This document shows, piece by piece, positions 32,284 to 45,988 of a stretch of 64,000 bases of DNA. The first letter of the stretch is position 1. Each line of letters begins with the position of its first letter. Location: contig CM082589.2 of NCBI GenBank assembly GCA_040954595.2, forward strand, positions 3,734,213 through 3,798,212, read 5' to 3'. The DNA is from Balanoglossus misakiensis. Lineage: Eukaryota > Animalia > Hemichordata. Position numbers and translations under genes: made by a program. The notes below the pieces were generated by a model. That model saw only the letters and a list, made by a program, of their open reading frames with translations, did no database searches and was not told the origin of the DNA.

Positions 32284-35200
32284 ATGTTTTCGAAGAAGAA
32301 AGGACGGAGTAATGCTGAAACAGCGAAACAGGCATGGATATTTATTTTCCCCATATTATGTTATTTGTGGTGACATGGCTATGTGTCTGAGTTTCCATAT
32401 ATGATCAACTGTCAACAAACCACGGTTGTGTATATTTCTTGTCAATGTCAGTCATGTTACTGTCATATTTATTATATATACAAACAGTCAGTCTGAACGT
32501 CTGTATTCGAAATGTAAAAAAAATGACACTGATCATACACATATATAAAAACAGAAGAGGGTTACGCCCACTTCTGAGAACACGATGGATAGCAGACGCC
32601 TAGGCCCCCCCCCCCCCCGTCCCATGTTCAGCATAAAGGATTGTGTGTGACTATGAGTCATGTTCACATTTGGATGATCATAGCCTAGGATGATCTTGTT
32701 TTCCATTCATACAAATGCATACCAACATTAATAGGAATCTGAAGTCCCCATTTCACTACCCTTCACTTTAATACTCCTCACATGAAATAAAATAACCAAA
32801 GGTGTTATCAGAACCTGGTAATCTCAGCTAAACTGGTTGTTATGTATTTGATACCGGCAGATGGGATTGATAGAGGTGCCGGATCTGGATTCCTTCATGG
32901 CCGGCATGCACGGTGATGATGATGACGATGATGACCTAGAGGCAGAGCTAGCTGCGTTGACTGGAGAAAGTTCATCAAAACCAGCAACGAAACAGAAGAA
33001 AAGTAAGTTTTGTCAATGGAGCAGGTGTTTCGAATAATCAGGAGCTTCTAGCACAGTCCCTGTGCTTCTAGTAAATGCCAAAAATATTTTCTAGCTGCTG
33101 GTCTAAACTGTAGTGTATGTACAACTGTTTGCAGACCTGCATAATGTGGAGCCACATAACAGTTAATAATAGTCCACACCAGTCAGTTGTAACTGAATTT
33201 ATGTGCTTTGACCAGCTGTTAGTTCCTCTTGCCGCCTGTTACAAAACCTATCTACATCCACTGTCTTGTAGCTCCCTTACCCATGTCACACATTGAAAAT
33301 CTTGCGGCAGACAGCATGAAAGATGTTGATGTTGACATTGATGATGAAGACTTGGAAAATGATGCAGATCTGCTGGCGGAACTCCAAGAACTGGCAACAG
33401 ATGATGAGCCTCCTGAACCAGTTCCGTCGCCGAGACCATCCCCCAAACCACAGGTAAGCTGCCGTAGTACATCTGACATTTCTTTCAGGGTTTCAAAATG
33501 GCATAAGTGTTAAAATTTGTGAAACCCACTGTGTGGGCGTGATGGTTGTTGTCTCCATGCAAGTTTTGAAAGTCTTCTCTCTCTATCTATATATTTCTCA
33601 CGCTCTCTCTGTCTCTATGTTGTGTTTATAGGATGGGGCCGATTCAGACTTGGTTAACTTAATCAGAAGCAGGAAAGAAATGTACCAGACTGCGATTGAA
33701 AATGCCAAAGCGGCAGGTGAGAGTTCAAAGGTCAGAAGATACGACAGAGGCTTTAAGGTGAGTTATTGACACAAGCATTGTGTGTTGCCACATAGCCAAA
33801 TAATTTTAATATTCCACTATGATAACTGGTTGCATGGGTATATACCTATATTCTAAGCAATTTACATCTCATCTTCCTTTCCCTGACAGACTCTGAAAGA
33901 CCTTGAGAAAACTGCAAAGGCTGGAAGACCTGTGAATGAAGATGACATCCCGCCACCAGTGGCAACAGGCAAACCCAAGTCAGCTGATCCTCCCCAACCA
34001 ATGGAAACACAGGAACCACCACAGATCAGCATAACAGAAAATGAGGCAATGGACACGGCAGAACCAAAGATGGAAGAGTCTAAACCACAGCCAAAGAGAG
34101 GTAACTTTACTGTAGTAACACAAAGTAGATTTTGATGGGTCTTTCTATTCCCTCAGATTTGTTGAAAATTGAAATTTTGCAGTAAAACATTTATTTGTCT
34201 TTCTTTCATCACAATTCTAGACGAAAAGTACCACGCCAATCATCGTATGCTGATTCAGAGGAAAGCCCAGTACAAGGGTGCTGCCTTTGCTGCCAAGAAA
34301 TCTGGTGATTTGGTCACAGCGACCAAACACCTCAAAATAGTCAAGGTATGTATAGAAGAAGGGGTAGCAACTTTCCTGAGTAATCGGCCATAGGAGAATT
34401 GTCTTTATGTAATCATTTTCTAACATCGTTGTGAATGATTCATATTAACAAAAAACCTACAGGGTTCACAAGTCAACCTGAATATATTCACTTCACTCAC
34501 TATATTTCTGTCATTTCATTTCATTCTTGTCTGATTTCGTGACAGCAATTTGAGATGGTGATACAAGCGATGGAACAAGGTAAAGAAGTGGATCTAAGCA
34601 ATGTCCCTCCACCACCTCCCGAACCAGGTAAGACACTTTCATGATCTTTGAAGAAATTATGCTTCAATCCGTTGCAGGTCATTAAGGGTCAGAGTTCAAA
34701 GGGTAGAATGTCAGAAAGAAAATGCTGGCACTGAAGGAAAAGGCAGCAAGTGAAGTGCCAGCATACATTGTCTCAGTTCAGAAAAGTGTACAAGAAAGTG
34801 TGTACAGTCATTCAACCATTGTTCCTGGAAAGCCTCCCGAATTCCTAAATGTAATATGTGCACCACAGGTTCACTTGCCGCCACTGCGGGCCAATCATCC
34901 CCTCCCAAAAGAACACCAAGTCCCCAACCACCGGAGCCATCAGCGTCTGGCAACGAGCCACCACCAGAGGTCTTTGGTGTACCCCCTGCCCCGAAGACTG
35001 CACTGGAGGCATTGGAGCAGAGATTGCAGAAGTACAAGTCGGCAGAGGACACAGCCAAGCAGGAGGGGAACGGCAGTAAGGCCAGGAGAATGGGAAGAAT
35101 TGTCAAGGTATGTTGGGATCAAAATGACCTAGTACTCTGTTTCATCAAAAATGAGCTGACTTTAATATAATCCGTCTGACTTACAAAATGAAGTGATACT

Positions 35201-37845
35201 CTTGATGTTTGGTCTGCAATAATATTTTCCCCTAAATATTCGATGTTGCTAAAGTTCTATTCATGTTTTTGTAATCTACTCTTGCAGCAATTTACAGATG
35301 CAATCAAAAAAGAGAAATTAGGAAAGCCTGTGGATTATGAAGAACTTCCCTGTCCACCAGGTACGATTGAATAATTTAACTAACCAGTATGTCACATCGC
35401 AGTTTTGCAAAATATGTCAAACAGAAACAATCCTCAACAGTGCAATAGCTTCAATATTCCCAATCTCCCTGTTGCCCTCTTTCCAGGTTTCCCGCCCATT
35501 CCGGGTACAAGTGAAGCCAGTCAGACAGCAGCAAGTCTTCCGGTGGCTTCTCCCAGTGCCCAATCGGCCTCCTTGGCTCTCGGTGCTGCAGCGCCAGTGA
35601 CTGCAACACCAGCAGCAGCAGGTCAGCAGGTATCACCACAGAGACGTGTATCTCCAAAGAAAGGTATGGGTGAATGAAATAATGTTTGCATTGATAAGGA
35701 AAGGGAGAAGGGTAATGAACTCCTTGTTTATTTAACAAGGGCATATGCAGAATGATAGCAGGATTGATAGAAATTTAAACAGAGAAGTTACAGAGCAAGA
35801 TTGTAGAGTAACTAAGCTTGAAATAAATGAAGGGTAAAAGAAAGGGGTGTGTGTGGTCAGCTCTCACAGGTTATTCTGTTTCCCCCTCTACAGCAACTGC
35901 GAGTCTACCAGTACATGAACAGCAAGCTCAGCTTCTGAGAGAGAGACAGAAACAATACAAGATGGCCGCCTTATCAGCCAAGAAAAGTGGCAATATGGAT
36001 GAAGCGAAACAGTTGCTAGGAAAGGCAAAGGTAACAGATTAAACAATAACAGTTAATTGATCAGTCATTCAATCAATTGATAAGTTATGATGGATGATGG
36101 GAGAGGGATTTCCTCCAGTTCTTAGTGTTGCAGGATGTGACATAATTTTAAATTTTGATTGATCTTTCCACAGGGATTTGATCAAATGATCGCTGCATCA
36201 GAAGGTGGATTGCCAGTCAACTTGAAATCAGTGAGTTGAGTATTTCTCTTCTGCTGCTGTAGTATAAGTAAAATAAGATATATTTCTGATATTTAAACAT
36301 TATTTGAATTACACTATGTACATGCAAACCTTGCATAAAGAAACTACTTTACTGATTTTTTCATAGCTTTTTTGATCACAATGATCAGTGAAATATCCCC
36401 CTCCCCTCCCATCCACAACAGATTCCCCCTCCGCCCAGTATTGAGACAGATTTTGAGATGATAGATGCAGACGAGCTGTCTGAATTCTCAGGAGACAGAA
36501 CTAAGATGTATAAAAAGCTTGAAGACATTCTCAAGAAGCAAGTGGAGGTAATGATAGTTTTTCATTGAGTGAAGTGTATCATATAATTACTTGCAATTTT
36601 CGGTTATAATTCTATCTTTGGTTAACACTACACCAAATTTGCATTCATTTTAAAATTTACTCTGTTACCTGTCAACAATAATATGTCGTTTTGTTCACTT
36701 TTTCTACAGTCTAACCTTATTGCTTTTTCCTTCTTTTTCCTACAGACTTGTAACAGTAACTCACAATATTTTACTCAGTTAGGAGACATTGCATCAGCCA
36801 AACAGTAAGTTAAAGTGCAAATGACATTATTTGCTTGTGAGGTCTATTCAGATAATCCAACTCTTGATGATGTAATATGGAAACTTTTAGATAACAAGAT
36901 TGTTACTTTCCAGATTTGATAAGTATTCAACTCACTGCAGACAAGATTTAGACACCGTGAAAAATGCATACGCACATGGAGATCCCGTACCAAGGTTTCA
37001 CTACGAACAGAAGACATTTAGAATGGTTAGGTAAGAAATTATATAGAGTTGATGAATATTGTTCTGTTGTTTGTTTTTCCCCCCAAAAAATTGCAGATTT
37101 TGTTCTTTGAAAACAACTTTCACTTTTTTTTCAATCATCCATGTTTTTTGCTTTCTTCAGGTGCAATACAGACTTGAATGACAATGAAATAGAAATCAAA
37201 ATAGTTAGAGGAATTAACTATTATCTTCCGTCAGGTAAGGCATGTTTTTCTGCCATTGTGTGAAAGAAAATATGTGATTGGATGGTATGATCGTGAACAT
37301 AAGAAAAGCCTTCTTTATTCTTTATAGATGAGAAATTTAGATATTTGATGTAATTATGTGATCACAACATTTGTTACAGGAATGCAAAGCTCGGAGATGA
37401 ATACTTATGTCAAGTATGAACTGCCTTACCCAAAAGATGTGAGTAAACACATTTTAAATAAAATAAGCAAAAAATAATTAACATCAAGAAGGATATATTG
37501 TTACTAAAATGGTTAACATGAACAATTGAGTCTACTCTGTTATTTCATACATACAATGTTCTTTTCTGCTGAATACAGGATGATATGCAGAGTGGGAAAA
37601 CCAACACTGTCAAACAGACCAACAATCCAACATACGACGCTACATATAACCTGCACATCATTGACAGGAAGCAGCGGTCGTTAGGAAGGCATTTTAAAAG
37701 ACTGGTTCTCAAGCTGGACGTTTACTATGAAAGGTTAGTTTCATCTTGCTATGAATTCTTTGATGTTTGTCGTTTTTAGTTCCCATATAGTGTATCTATG
37801 TGCACCAGTGCAAGCTTTATATATGTGATTAGTTGGTGCCCAGCA

Positions 37846-37876
<31 letters not shown>

Positions 37877-40800
37877 ATGTATCTATCTATCTATGTATGG
37901 ATGGATGGATGGATGTGTGTGTATGTACGTATGTCATGCAGCTGCTGATGTTACTGAAAAGATGTGCGAGCTCATTTAAAGTCATTGTTTCTTCACACAG
38001 AGGTTTCTTCAAAAGTGACAAGTGTCTCGGGCAAGCATCTTTGAGACTGAGTGATTTGGAAACCAAGTGTGAAATCCATGAGGGCATCAAGGTACTGTAT
38101 GAGATGTTAAATTATTGTCTAAGAACTGTAGAAGACATTGAAAAGCTTCTTGACTCCAAAGGATAATTTTCTTCCATGCTGTACATTGTGTTTCTGGTGT
38201 TTGATCGTAAGGCTTGTATAGGTGGTTTCAGAATTATTGTGCTATGCTTTTATCCACACTCACAAAACATGATTGTTCATGTTTTTGTAGTTGACGGAGG
38301 GCAGGAAGGCCGTTGGAGGGACGCTAGAAGTCAAAGTTCGAGTTCGGCAGCCGGTTGGAAGCCCTGAAGTACAAGACATCAAAGAAAAATGGCTTGTAAT
38401 AGATGGAGTTAGCAGAGCTGCTCCTGTAAGTTGTCATTTCTGTAAAATTGAAAGAACAATGTTCATTTTATCTTTTCCATTTCACTAAAAGTGACGTCAA
38501 TTTAGGTTTTTTTATTGTCATTTTTGTTCTCATACTAAATCCACAGCCCAGTACATACTACATGCATTGTCTTTGTGTATAATTTTCAGGCAGCAACATC
38601 ACCAATTGCAAGTGGACACACCATGTCTCCTCCAAAAGCAGCGTCTACTTCTCAAAGGTAAGGTTATCAACAACAGTTCTCCAGTTCCCTTCCCCTGGCC
38701 ATCCTTCCATGTACAGGGGACCTTGCACATTCTAGCACCCGTAGTAACTGTCTGTCTTGTAGTGTCAGTATGCACATTTCTCTTACAAGGGTTCTTGCGC
38801 CCCTGTATCAGCTTTGTGCTGCTCTGTTACAGCTCAGTTGCAGCACTGCAGCAGCTCTGTTGCCGCTGTGAACCTGCTGTGAAGCAGATCTGTAGCAGCT
38901 CTGAATCTGAAAGATAGCACTGTTACAGCTACTGTTTTGACAGAGCTGTAACAGAGGCTAGTGCAGTGTCTACAGTTCTTCAGGGCTGGTACAGCTAGCT
39001 GCATGCACCTTATGTAGCAGCCCCGTGTCTTACTCAAGGACAGATTTACATCCGTCAGATCTGTTCATTTTGAAACACATACACATGTCCAGGTGCAAAG
39101 CAGTGTCTTCAGATAATTCTCATGGAAACTCTAGCATCCAACTGGTTTCAGATATAAAAAACATTTCTTGTAAATATTAATTGACAAAAAACCCTCAGCC
39201 CAAATCTGTCTAATCTGTCTTACAATAAAAAAAAACATCACATAATTTTCGAAATTGATTTCACACTAACCTGTCTTACCTGAGTTTTAAAACCTTTAAC
39301 AAGCTTAATCGTGGCAACTTCCTATCTTTATCTATCAAGCACATTCGGCCTGTATTGCAACTTCTTACGTTTTTTGGGCTGAATCCTTCTAAATTTAGGC
39401 AGAGCTAAAACATCAACATAAAATTCAATCAGTGATTTTTTTCTCTCTTTTTTTGTTCCCATCAGCTCAAATTCCAAAGCCTGTAGAATTATCTGAAGAC
39501 ATTGTTTGCCCCGATAAATAAACTTCAGGAAGAAATACCTGTAAAATTTTAGTGATGATTTTTTTTATCCAATATTCCTATCAAAAGATGTCATGTAATT
39601 ATAATGTTTCCAAGGTATTGAATTTTGATTAACTAGGTAATGAGGTAAACATTTCAAAACAAACATGAATATTTTGCCATCCAGGAAATCGCAGTCATAA
39701 ATAATACTTCAAGGAATTGAAAATTTGGACAAAAATTCATGCAAAATTATACATATACATAGATCCCCATTATTAAACAAACATAACTGATTGTAAATAA
39801 TTCTATTCTTGTAAATAATCTTAAATATTTGTACATTTTTTGTAAATAATTATAAGCTTTATATCTGAATAATCATAGGATAGTGATTATAAAACACTCT
39901 TCTCCAGTACTATTTATGTGAAACTACCAGATTTTTCGGAGAACTCTTTCTAAGCTCTTTGACCAGGAACACAGGGATATCTTCAGTCAAAACACGTCTT
40001 TCAACATCTTATTTTAAAGCTTGTATATTTTGTACATATAGATGTATATGTAATATTTTAAAATAAAATAATTTAATGAAACCTGAATTGGACCGGACCA
40101 TATGTACAGAGGGTTTGTTGTGAGTTTGACCATAGTAACCGTGATTTGTTCTACAAAAAATAAATTGCCCAGCCACTCTTTATTATCAGCTGTTCTACCT
40201 TCCTCTCATGTTGTAATTCTATGACATTGGTATCCCTCAAACTAAGTTTCATGATGTTTACTTGAATTTCAGCCCTACGAAGAGTGTCAACAGTGTGGAA
40301 ATTTTGAAATATGACCTGAATCAAAATGCCAAGAAGGTGGGTGTAAAATGTATTGAAATGGTTCTGATCACAAAACAGTGTAACTGACTCCTGAAATTAT
40401 GTGTTTAAAGCAAATGAGAACACTGCATTTGACATCATTTTGGATAAGAAATCTAACCTTTTCTGTTATTCCATGTTTTCACTTAAGATTAATGCATACA
40501 AAGCTAAGGGGCATGCACCACCTAAGCAACTGATAGAAAACCATCAGCTTTTACAGAAGAAGTTGGGGGATCTGGAGAGTGCACTTACCAAAGGTGGTAA
40601 GCAGGCTGCTCGAGGTAAGTATACCCTCCCACCATCTCTGTGTGGAATAACCCTATTGTTGTCAACCATGTGGCCTGAACCATATACTGAAAAGGGGGGC
40701 TGTTATACATGTGAGTCAACATGTATATGTAACAGCTTTCTTCTATATACTGATTTTCTGTGGGTTTTTTTTTTGCAGTGTACGTATCACAGCTACAAGG

Positions 40801-41230
40801 AACAGTAGGACACTACCATGCCGAAGCGCAACAGTGGGCCAAACAGAAAAATAGGGTAAGACTTGTAAAATGAGCACTTGAATGTCTGGATAAATCACAG
40901 GAGAACATCAATAAAATTTGGCTTGTTAAGACATTTAGAACATTTGAAATCAAGTTTAGGTTGTAATATAAACCTAACAGCAGTTAATGTATTTCTCTTA
41001 CAGGAAATGGCTTCTGTGTGCCTAACTAAGAAGAAGTTATTAGAAAATGAAGTAAGTTGTTGTTGTGACAATCACTGTTTTCGAGCCATTTTAACCATTT
41101 CAACCACAGTTCCCTCTATAGAAGTCTAGGTTTACCATATCATCTTTTTTGTGATGACAGAAAAAATTGACCAATAAATTCTGTTTTCTCTGTTTGTTTT
41201 CAGATCAGAGCATGGCAACAGAAATGCTAG
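32284..41230 (+). CDS. CC2D1A: CC2D1A/B (Lgd/Freud) ortholog with DM14 repeats and C2 domain
   Basis: TAKQ|MGL...DDDLEAELAALTGE N-terminus; four DM14 repeats (e.g. LEALEQRLQKYKSAEDTAKQEGNGSKARRMGRIVKQ); C2 domain (IVRGINY...YVKYELPYP...KTNTVKQTNNPTY...GFFKSDK...GRKAVGGTLEVKVRVRQP); CC2D1A-like C-terminal helical extension. Confidence 0.92.
37846..37935. repeat. Compound (GT)/(ATGT)/(ATCT)/(ATGG) microsatellite in a CC2D1 intron
   Basis: Visible tandem di- and tetranucleotide arrays. Confidence 0.85.
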
Positions 41231-42228
41231 CAGTGTAATGCTAGCAGAATATTGCACACTTTTTAAAAGCTGGTAGCAGCTATCCTATTCTCCATATTAG
41301 AATATGCTTTGGTTTTTATCATTGCTTTATACGTCATGGCAACAGTGCCAGTGTTTTCTCGTTGTTTATACATTGTACTGCAGTGTCATGATGAACGGTA
41401 CGATGCTGTCTTTGAGAACAACAAAATCATGGCTGTGCAAATATTTTGCCATGACATGGACATTATAAGACTGATATTTGCCATTTTAACCATGTATGGG
41501 CATTTGTCATGTATAAATTAAGGGTGACTGTATCAACTTGATTGTCAAATAGCACTAATAAAACAAATATGATTTTATTAATATGTAATATAAAGATCTT
41601 TTTTGTGTAAGCTTGGTTTTATGATGGGAACTAGGAATTCAGGATGGGGTCACAGACAATTGTTTTGCCATTTTAGTTGTGCTTCATCGGTGCATATCCA
41701 AAGCATTCAAGAGACATGAAGTCGAGCAGTAAATTTACTCAATAAAAGACCAATGACACTGTTAAGAGATACATGTGCGTTTATGTATAAATACAATAAA
41801 GCATTTGAAGCGAATTCTACGGCCTTTAGGCATACGAAACTGACAGAATGAGATGAGAATGAGAATGTTCACGAAAATTATCTTGTAGTCTGCATAGTTG
41901 ACGGTTCGTTGCTAGGCCTTTTTGGTATTAAAGAACATACTTGTATGGAATAACGGAATTCCAGTCACAAATTACACAATTTTTCCCAGTTGCTGGGTTA
42001 ACAGTTTTCACGAATGGGACCAATATTCTTCCATGAAAGTCCACCGATATTATGCAAATGCCAATGCGAACTGCATCAGTTCCCCATTTGTACACGTTCC
42101 TGGTTATCAGAACGTGTCAACCTCATATAAGAGAATGTATGCTTGGCTACTGTGACTGCAAACGGCATCGGTAACCAACCACTGTCCTTCCAAGGTAAAA
42201 TGGAGAAGCCTTGCCGTCTGCTTGATCT

Positions 42229-42459
42229 TTACGTGCAATTTTCCATCATGCTGTCGGCGGCATACTTGGGGAACTGGACGCACTTGAGGAAGAATTCGGA
42301 GATGGGGACGCACACATCGAAGCAGGACGTGAAAGGGTAGCATATCACGTAGAAAACGGAGATGAAAATGGAGATAGGCCAGGCGATGACAATCCAGACC
42401 AAAAACCAGAAAATCACTTTGCATAAACTGCTGCAGAAGTCTACCACTCCACCACTCAT
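42229..42459 (-). CDS. Small (76 aa) Cys-rich hydrophobic membrane protein, paralog 1
   Basis: MSGGVVDFCSSLCKVIFWFLVWIVIAWPISIFISVFYVICYPFTSCFDVC...FPKYAADSMMENCT; aligns with paralogs 2 and 3; splice acceptor just upstream of the ATG. Confidence 0.75.
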   Translation of the reverse strand: MSGGVVDFCSSLCKVIFWFLVWIVIAWPISIFISVFYVICYPFTSCFDVCVPISEFFLKCVQFPKYAADSMMENCT

Positions 42460-43893
42460 GCTTGTGTTCACCTGAACTGCAAAGAAAAGGCAAATAGCGG
42501 GATTGAAGCTATGCTTATTTGAAACGGCTATCTTTTTGTATACGGTTTATTTAAAACACACACACACACATTAAAGGACCTTATATTAATTCACCCACCA
42601 CATCCCTGTACGTAGCTATTGTCTGTCTGTCAATCCGCCCGTCTGATATCTGTCTGTGAGCCCCACCCCATATCACCTGTACGGTCGGGACGGATTCTGC
42701 ACTTGTCCGGTAATCGAAGTTTACTTACCTGTTTGCGAAAACGCCCAAAATAATGTAATCTACAGACCCGACGATGTGGTATGGAGTCACTAGGGAGATT
42801 CGGATTCCGCTTTTGATTAACGATAATGATCCCTGTTTATTCGATTTAGATAACTATAGAAACACGTGTGACCTTTCCCCTGTTTGCAAATATAATAGCC
42901 GATATTAATAGAAACGGAAGGTTTTCAACAGGTAACTGGTATGCCTGTTACTGTACACTAAGTGGCATCCAGGTTTAGCTTTTGCGAGGTGTACATATTT
43001 CAAACGTGGTTCTGGTCATCCTTTATCATCTGGCTTGACTTGCTTCCGCAGTTACACGATACTTATATTCTTGTAGTTTCACAAGCTCCGTGGGCTGGGA
43101 CTTTCACACCGAGGGTTATACAACCGACTGCGCAGTGGCCACCTTCTTCCAACTTGTCTACAGAGTGTATCCCGCATCGAATATGCAATAAATGTCGGGG
43201 CAAAAGACAGGATAACGTCAGGTTGCAAGCTGTTTGTTTTTGAGTGTAGAGTCGTGTATCGATTATGGGTTGACATGCTATGAACAAAAGTATAGGCGAT
43301 ACATGGATGAACACAATAAACGCACCGTTTACATTATTAAAACCAATCAATATTGTGATGTGTTGTTTATTGAAAAGACCATGCCAAGGCACATGCGCTG
43401 TACAACGACACTTGATCGAGGTTTGCAGTACTTACTCGTTTAATATCAAGCGGTGTTATTCATGAAATCAAACCTATTGGTTTTACAATCATATTCAATA
43501 TTAAATATTTGCTGCTACATTATATTCTCAGCAAAGCGCCTTAGGCGCTGGTAGCTCCATCCCTTTACATGCACAGATTTTCACTTGGCTGCCATGAGAA
43601 CAAAATGCACCATCACATGGTCACTAGAAGTCTCCGACACGCCCTTTTAGCCATATAAGGACATATGTAAATTTAACATGTGATTTTATGAATTTAAAAA
43701 CAAAAGTTGAAGTTTTGCTCGTCAACGCGAGTACTAGGATTTCGCGAACGTTTCCAATGTTTATACCAACTTGAAGACAGATACTCTATAAATCCGAACC
43801 ACATTTCTATGCACTACAATATTTTTTTTCTCAGTTAAAAAGAATAGAAATAACAGTTTTATGAAGATTTAACAATCCCATTCTTTCATGTCA

Positions 43894-44178
43894 TCATGTC
43901 ATCATATAATCATTTTTCTTCCCGCACAGCCGTTCCTTGTTGATCATCCTGAAGGCGCACGTCCGAGGGAGCATGACGAGAACTTCCAGGAGATCCTTCA
44001 AAGACTCGCAGAAGGTGCTGCAGACGCCGCAAGGAAGCAGCAACAGCCAAAGGCCGACGAAGAAGAAAGCGATGGGCCAGGCGAGACAGATTAGCACCAG
44101 GAACCAGAATATGAACCATATGATGTCACACAGGCAGTGGGCACAGGCGTCGCAGCAGTCACGAATTTTGCTCGCCAT
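43894..44178 (-). CDS. Small (94 aa) Cys-rich hydrophobic membrane protein, paralog 2
   Basis: CCDACAHCLCDIIWFIFWFLVLICLAWPIAFFFVGLWLLLLPCGVC...LPRTCAFRMINKERLCGKK; GC-rich single coding exon. Confidence 0.8.
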   Translation of the reverse strand: MASKIRDCCDACAHCLCDIIWFIFWFLVLICLAWPIAFFFVGLWLLLLPCGVCSTFCESLKDLLEVLVMLPRTCAFRMINKERLCGKKNDYMMT

Positions 44179-45712
44179 TGTTGGGCGGAGTTCGTTCGGG
44201 TTGTCGTCTGCAAATATCGAAATATAATTTACTCAGTGTGTAATAAAAATTGAAAATCCTGTTAACAAAAGTGTCCTACTCTCTTCTATAAATAGTTGTG
44301 ACAAAAACATGATATCACTTCAGATATGCGGTGTCTATATTTATATGTGTGGTTTAAAGTTGTGTGCTTATGTATGCGCATGGTTTTAGAGATGATAAAC
44401 TTTCTCCAGCCGGTTACCAAATGAAACTGAACTTAGCTAGAGGATTAAAACGCGTAGACAACACAATGTAAGCATACATTGCATCTAGGCATCAGGTCAC
44501 TATTCTACACATACACCATTGTGCGTCATTTGACCCACATGAGAAATGTAAAGGCGGGTACACTACAAACCGTGGAACCGAATACTACATACGAAAATAG
44601 AACATTTGCATAATACAAATATTATTTTGTCTCAGCGTCATCTCGTATTTTTTCTAGTTTGCGCTCCCTATCTAAATATTATGTGCGTTGCCAGAAAGAT
44701 GACACACCGTATCGGATATGAAATTTCGTTTGTCGAAATTGTTAGCAATTTTTGGCTCAACAGGTCGAATTGTCATAAAATAAGAACTTCCACATCATAT
44801 AATGTACCCCTTTCGTAATTATATATTGTACGTTGTTTTGAGCGAGTTACAAAAAAACCCCACACCAAACACCAAAACCAGAAATGTCAAATAATATCAT
44901 CATGATGTCAGTGTAAATTACTTACTTTTCCGCAAATTTATCGGCGAACCATTTCACAAATTAGTTCGGGAACGTGTCGTGCAATATCCGGCCTATTCGT
45001 GTCCAGGGTCAATTTGCAGGAGAGAACAGGTACCCAGTAAAAATAGCCCGACGCATATACCCGTATACTTCATTGAGGGGAGCGGGTGTCTGCATGAGCG
45101 TCCTCAACGATGAATTCGACTTCACAACTACAGTACACAAACACAAAGTAAAGTGTGGGTGTCGTCCCGTCTGCGGCTGTGTGGCCTCATCGGGAAAATC
45201 GGCAGTGCATGGCTGTGCCAATATATGTGACTGTGTCATCAGTAAACAATGTGTTTATAAAACAGTGTTAAACTCAGGTCATTTTTCAAAAGCTTGTTAG
45301 GACCGGTAGTTCAAGAAGCAAGTGATTGAAAGACTGAGTTGTTTTATTGTCGATCATGCGCACAAGTAGAACAACAGTGTGAAAACAAGATATTTCCAGT
45401 ACGTGGCTTTTTCTCAATTCGACATGAATAAAAAGTATAAGTACAGCACAGTTAATATAACGGTGAAAGACATGAGTATATAAGTGATGAATATATAATA
45501 TTATTAAGTGAACTTAGATCTTAATAGACTTCCAGTCAAACATGGCCATTCTGAGTGAACATGCAGAATAAGATTCTTTCACAGTGTACTAGTTTCGAAA
45601 AGCTGTTGTGCGGGAAGGTTGGCACCCTATGTGACCATTGTGAACAGTAAAAATATCTGGCTTCGTTGCGGAGTGAGGTGCCCTCAAAGGTACCGAGAAA
45701 TTCTCCGTCGTT

Positions 45713-45988
45713 TCATTTCTCTTCATAGTCTTCCCTCTTCTTGCCAACGAGGCGATGGCGGGTCTTTATGTACACGGCACAGGTGTGCGGAAACTTGACC
45801 GTTTTCTCCATGGCGTCCATCACCGCTTGGAGACACCCACAACACACGGCGACCGGAAGTAGGAGAATCCAGAAAAAGACAATGAAGAGGGCGACAGGGT
45901 AGGCGACGCAGAAGAGAACGAGCAGCCAGAAAATGGCCCAGATCAAATCACAGATGATCTCGCAGCATACAAGACAGCAACCGCTCAT
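45713..45988 (-). CDS. Small (91 aa) Cys-rich hydrophobic membrane protein, paralog 3
   Basis: MSGCCLVCCEIICDLIWAIFWLLVLFCVAYPVALFIVFFWILLLPVAVCC...FPHTCAVYIKTRHRLVGKK; clearly homologous to paralog 2. Confidence 0.8.
   Translation of the reverse strand: MSGCCLVCCEIICDLIWAIFWLLVLFCVAYPVALFIVFFWILLLPVAVCCGCLQAVMDAMEKTVKFPHTCAVYIKTRHRLVGKKREDYEEK

Noticed and set aside
38790-38870. Second alternative CC2D1 exon after TTACAAG
   Set aside because: It reads into a low-complexity foldback repeat with no meaningful peptide.
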